A stretch of DNA of 64,000 nucleotides. It comes from Marsupella aquatica. Taxonomy: Eukaryota; Plantae; Marchantiophyta. The translations under genes were made by a program, and so were the position numbers. The stretch is taken from positions 9,881,832 to 9,945,831 of the forward strand of contig OZ316897.1 of the NCBI GenBank assembly GCA_973895155.1, given 5' to 3'. Every line of letters begins with the position of its first letter. The stretch's first letter is position 1. The notes below the pieces were generated by a model. The model worked only from the letters and a program-made list of their open reading frames with translations, had not been told where the DNA came from and ran no database searches. Of this stretch, positions 62,746 through 64,000 are shown in pieces.

Positions 62746-63291
62746 TCAAAATTTACTTTTTCTTGTCTCTCATTTTGGGGGTTTTTTGTATTTATGGATT
62801 CTCATGACACTTACATGAATACACACCTGAATGTACCTTACTCTTTTATTGAACTCTAAAAAAATGGTTGGAGTACTATTTGGAGGGAAAAGGATATTAA
62901 GAGAATAAAGCCCGCAAATAAAGCAAAGCTTGCAATGAAGACTGCTTGGCCACTGACATGGTACCTTTTGGGCAGAAGTGGTGATGAAATAAGAGACAAG
63001 ATACTTTTACTTTGGACAGAAGTGGTGATCTGAGAGGGTAGTTTTGGACAGAAGTGTAAAGAACAGCATCGAAGCATATCGTTGTGTATTACTCCGGTCC
63101 ATCCCAGTTTGGCTTGTCCATTGGGGCTTTGTGGACAACTTATCAATCCATGTGGGCTTTAAGTTCAAAAATATTAGAATATTGAAACATTGAAACTAAA
63201 GCCCATTGTTATGTTGCTTGTAACCATCCCTATGGACTCTGATCTGACAAGGAGACAAACCACTTTACACCTAATCATGAGATAATCTCCC

Positions 63292-63637
63292 TACAAATGG
63301 ATGGTAAATGACATCATAGATTATTTACTTACATTTTTGTCCCGATAAGGAGGCCATCATTCAAAGCTAAAAGTTAATTGAGAAAGTGGATGGAATGGAT
63401 TGAAGGTTCATTACAAATGGATGGTAAATGACGTCATAGACTATTTACCTACATTTTGTCCCCATAAGGAGGCCATCATGCAAAGCTAAAAATATATTGA
63501 GAAAGTGGATGGAATGGATTGAAGGTTCACATTTTGCATGCTACCTACATTTTTGTCCCGATTAGGAGGCCATCATGCAAAGCTAAAAGTTATTTGAGAA
63601 AGTGGATGGAATGGATTGAAGGTTCACGTTTTGCATG
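63292..63637. repeat. Tandem repeat of about 120 bp (two full units and one partial)
   Basis: TACATTTT(T)GTCCC.AT.AGGAGGCCATCAT.CAAAGCTAAAA...GAGAAAGTGGATGGAATGGATTGAAGGTTCA occurs three times. Confidence 0.9.
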
Positions 63638-63688
63638 TATACTTAAAATCATTGGTAGCTCCACTGGGGCAGAGTACTCAAAGTCTTC

Positions 63689-63985
63689 ATAACAAGAGCA
63701 ATGTTCTCTAAAAAATATGATTTCCAATTGATGAGTTTGAAAAGCATGTCTTCAATCATGCAGATCTGAGATGTGCTGGTGCATTGGTTTCCATGTCCGC
63801 ATAACCATGACGACAATCGTTCCTTGAATGATTGTATAACAAGAGCAATGTTCTCTAAAAAATATGATTTCCAATTGATGAGTTTGAAAAGCATGTGTTC
63901 AATCATGGCAGATCTGGGATGTGCTGGTGAATTGGTTTCCATGTCCACATAACCATGACGACAATCGTTCCTTGAATGATTGTCT
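63689..63985 (+). repeat. Two 147-bp tandem units derived from NLR intron 3
   Basis: GATGAGTTTGAAAAGCATGT..GCAGATCTG.GATGTGCTGGT...CATAACCATGACGACA matches the intron preceding the LRR exon (about 43000-43080, 54560-54660 and 60870-60975). Confidence 0.85.
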
Positions 63986-64000
63986 TCCGGACTGAATGCT

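Noticed and set aside
63292-63985. CRISPR-like array
   Set aside because: The context is eukaryotic, and the units are 120-147 bp whole-unit duplications without unique spacers.

Overview
Intron-containing plant nuclear DNA. It is most likely a liverwort, inferred from alpha/beta-hydrolase-NB-ARC-LRR genes and a Marchantia-like ndhE insertion. Left to right: the right-hand 5.6 kb of a CACTA (En/Spm) transposon with divergently oriented TnpD-like and TnpA-like genes; an 11-exon Spt20-domain PHL-like gene with a long polyQ tract; a 9-exon hybrid-histidine-kinase ethylene receptor with an N-terminal extension; a plastid ndhE insertion (NUPT); a two-exon microbial-type VOC/glyoxalase gene; a small hAT-like MITE; and an intact pogo/Tigger-type DD33D transposase with a duplicated CENP-B-type HTH and no visible TIRs. 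From about 36 kb to the window end lies a tandemly duplicated immune cluster of hydrolase-NB-ARC-LRR genes: two apparently intact, one truncated and frameshifted, plus remnants. Each unit carries, on the opposite strand, a decayed mosaic of F-box sequence, and two units also carry an intronless CPK16/18/28-like kinase fragment. A UGT pseudogene, a mini-Helitron and a tRNA-derived SINE are interspersed. The most notable observations are a Ser-to-Cys nucleophile elbow (GYCVGG) in both intact NLR hydrolase domains, a polybasic CaaX-like C-terminus on one NLR, the possibly domesticated pogo gene and the candidate horizontally acquired VOC gene. Exon boundaries were read by eye from GT-AG sites and frame continuity. 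No database searches were run.
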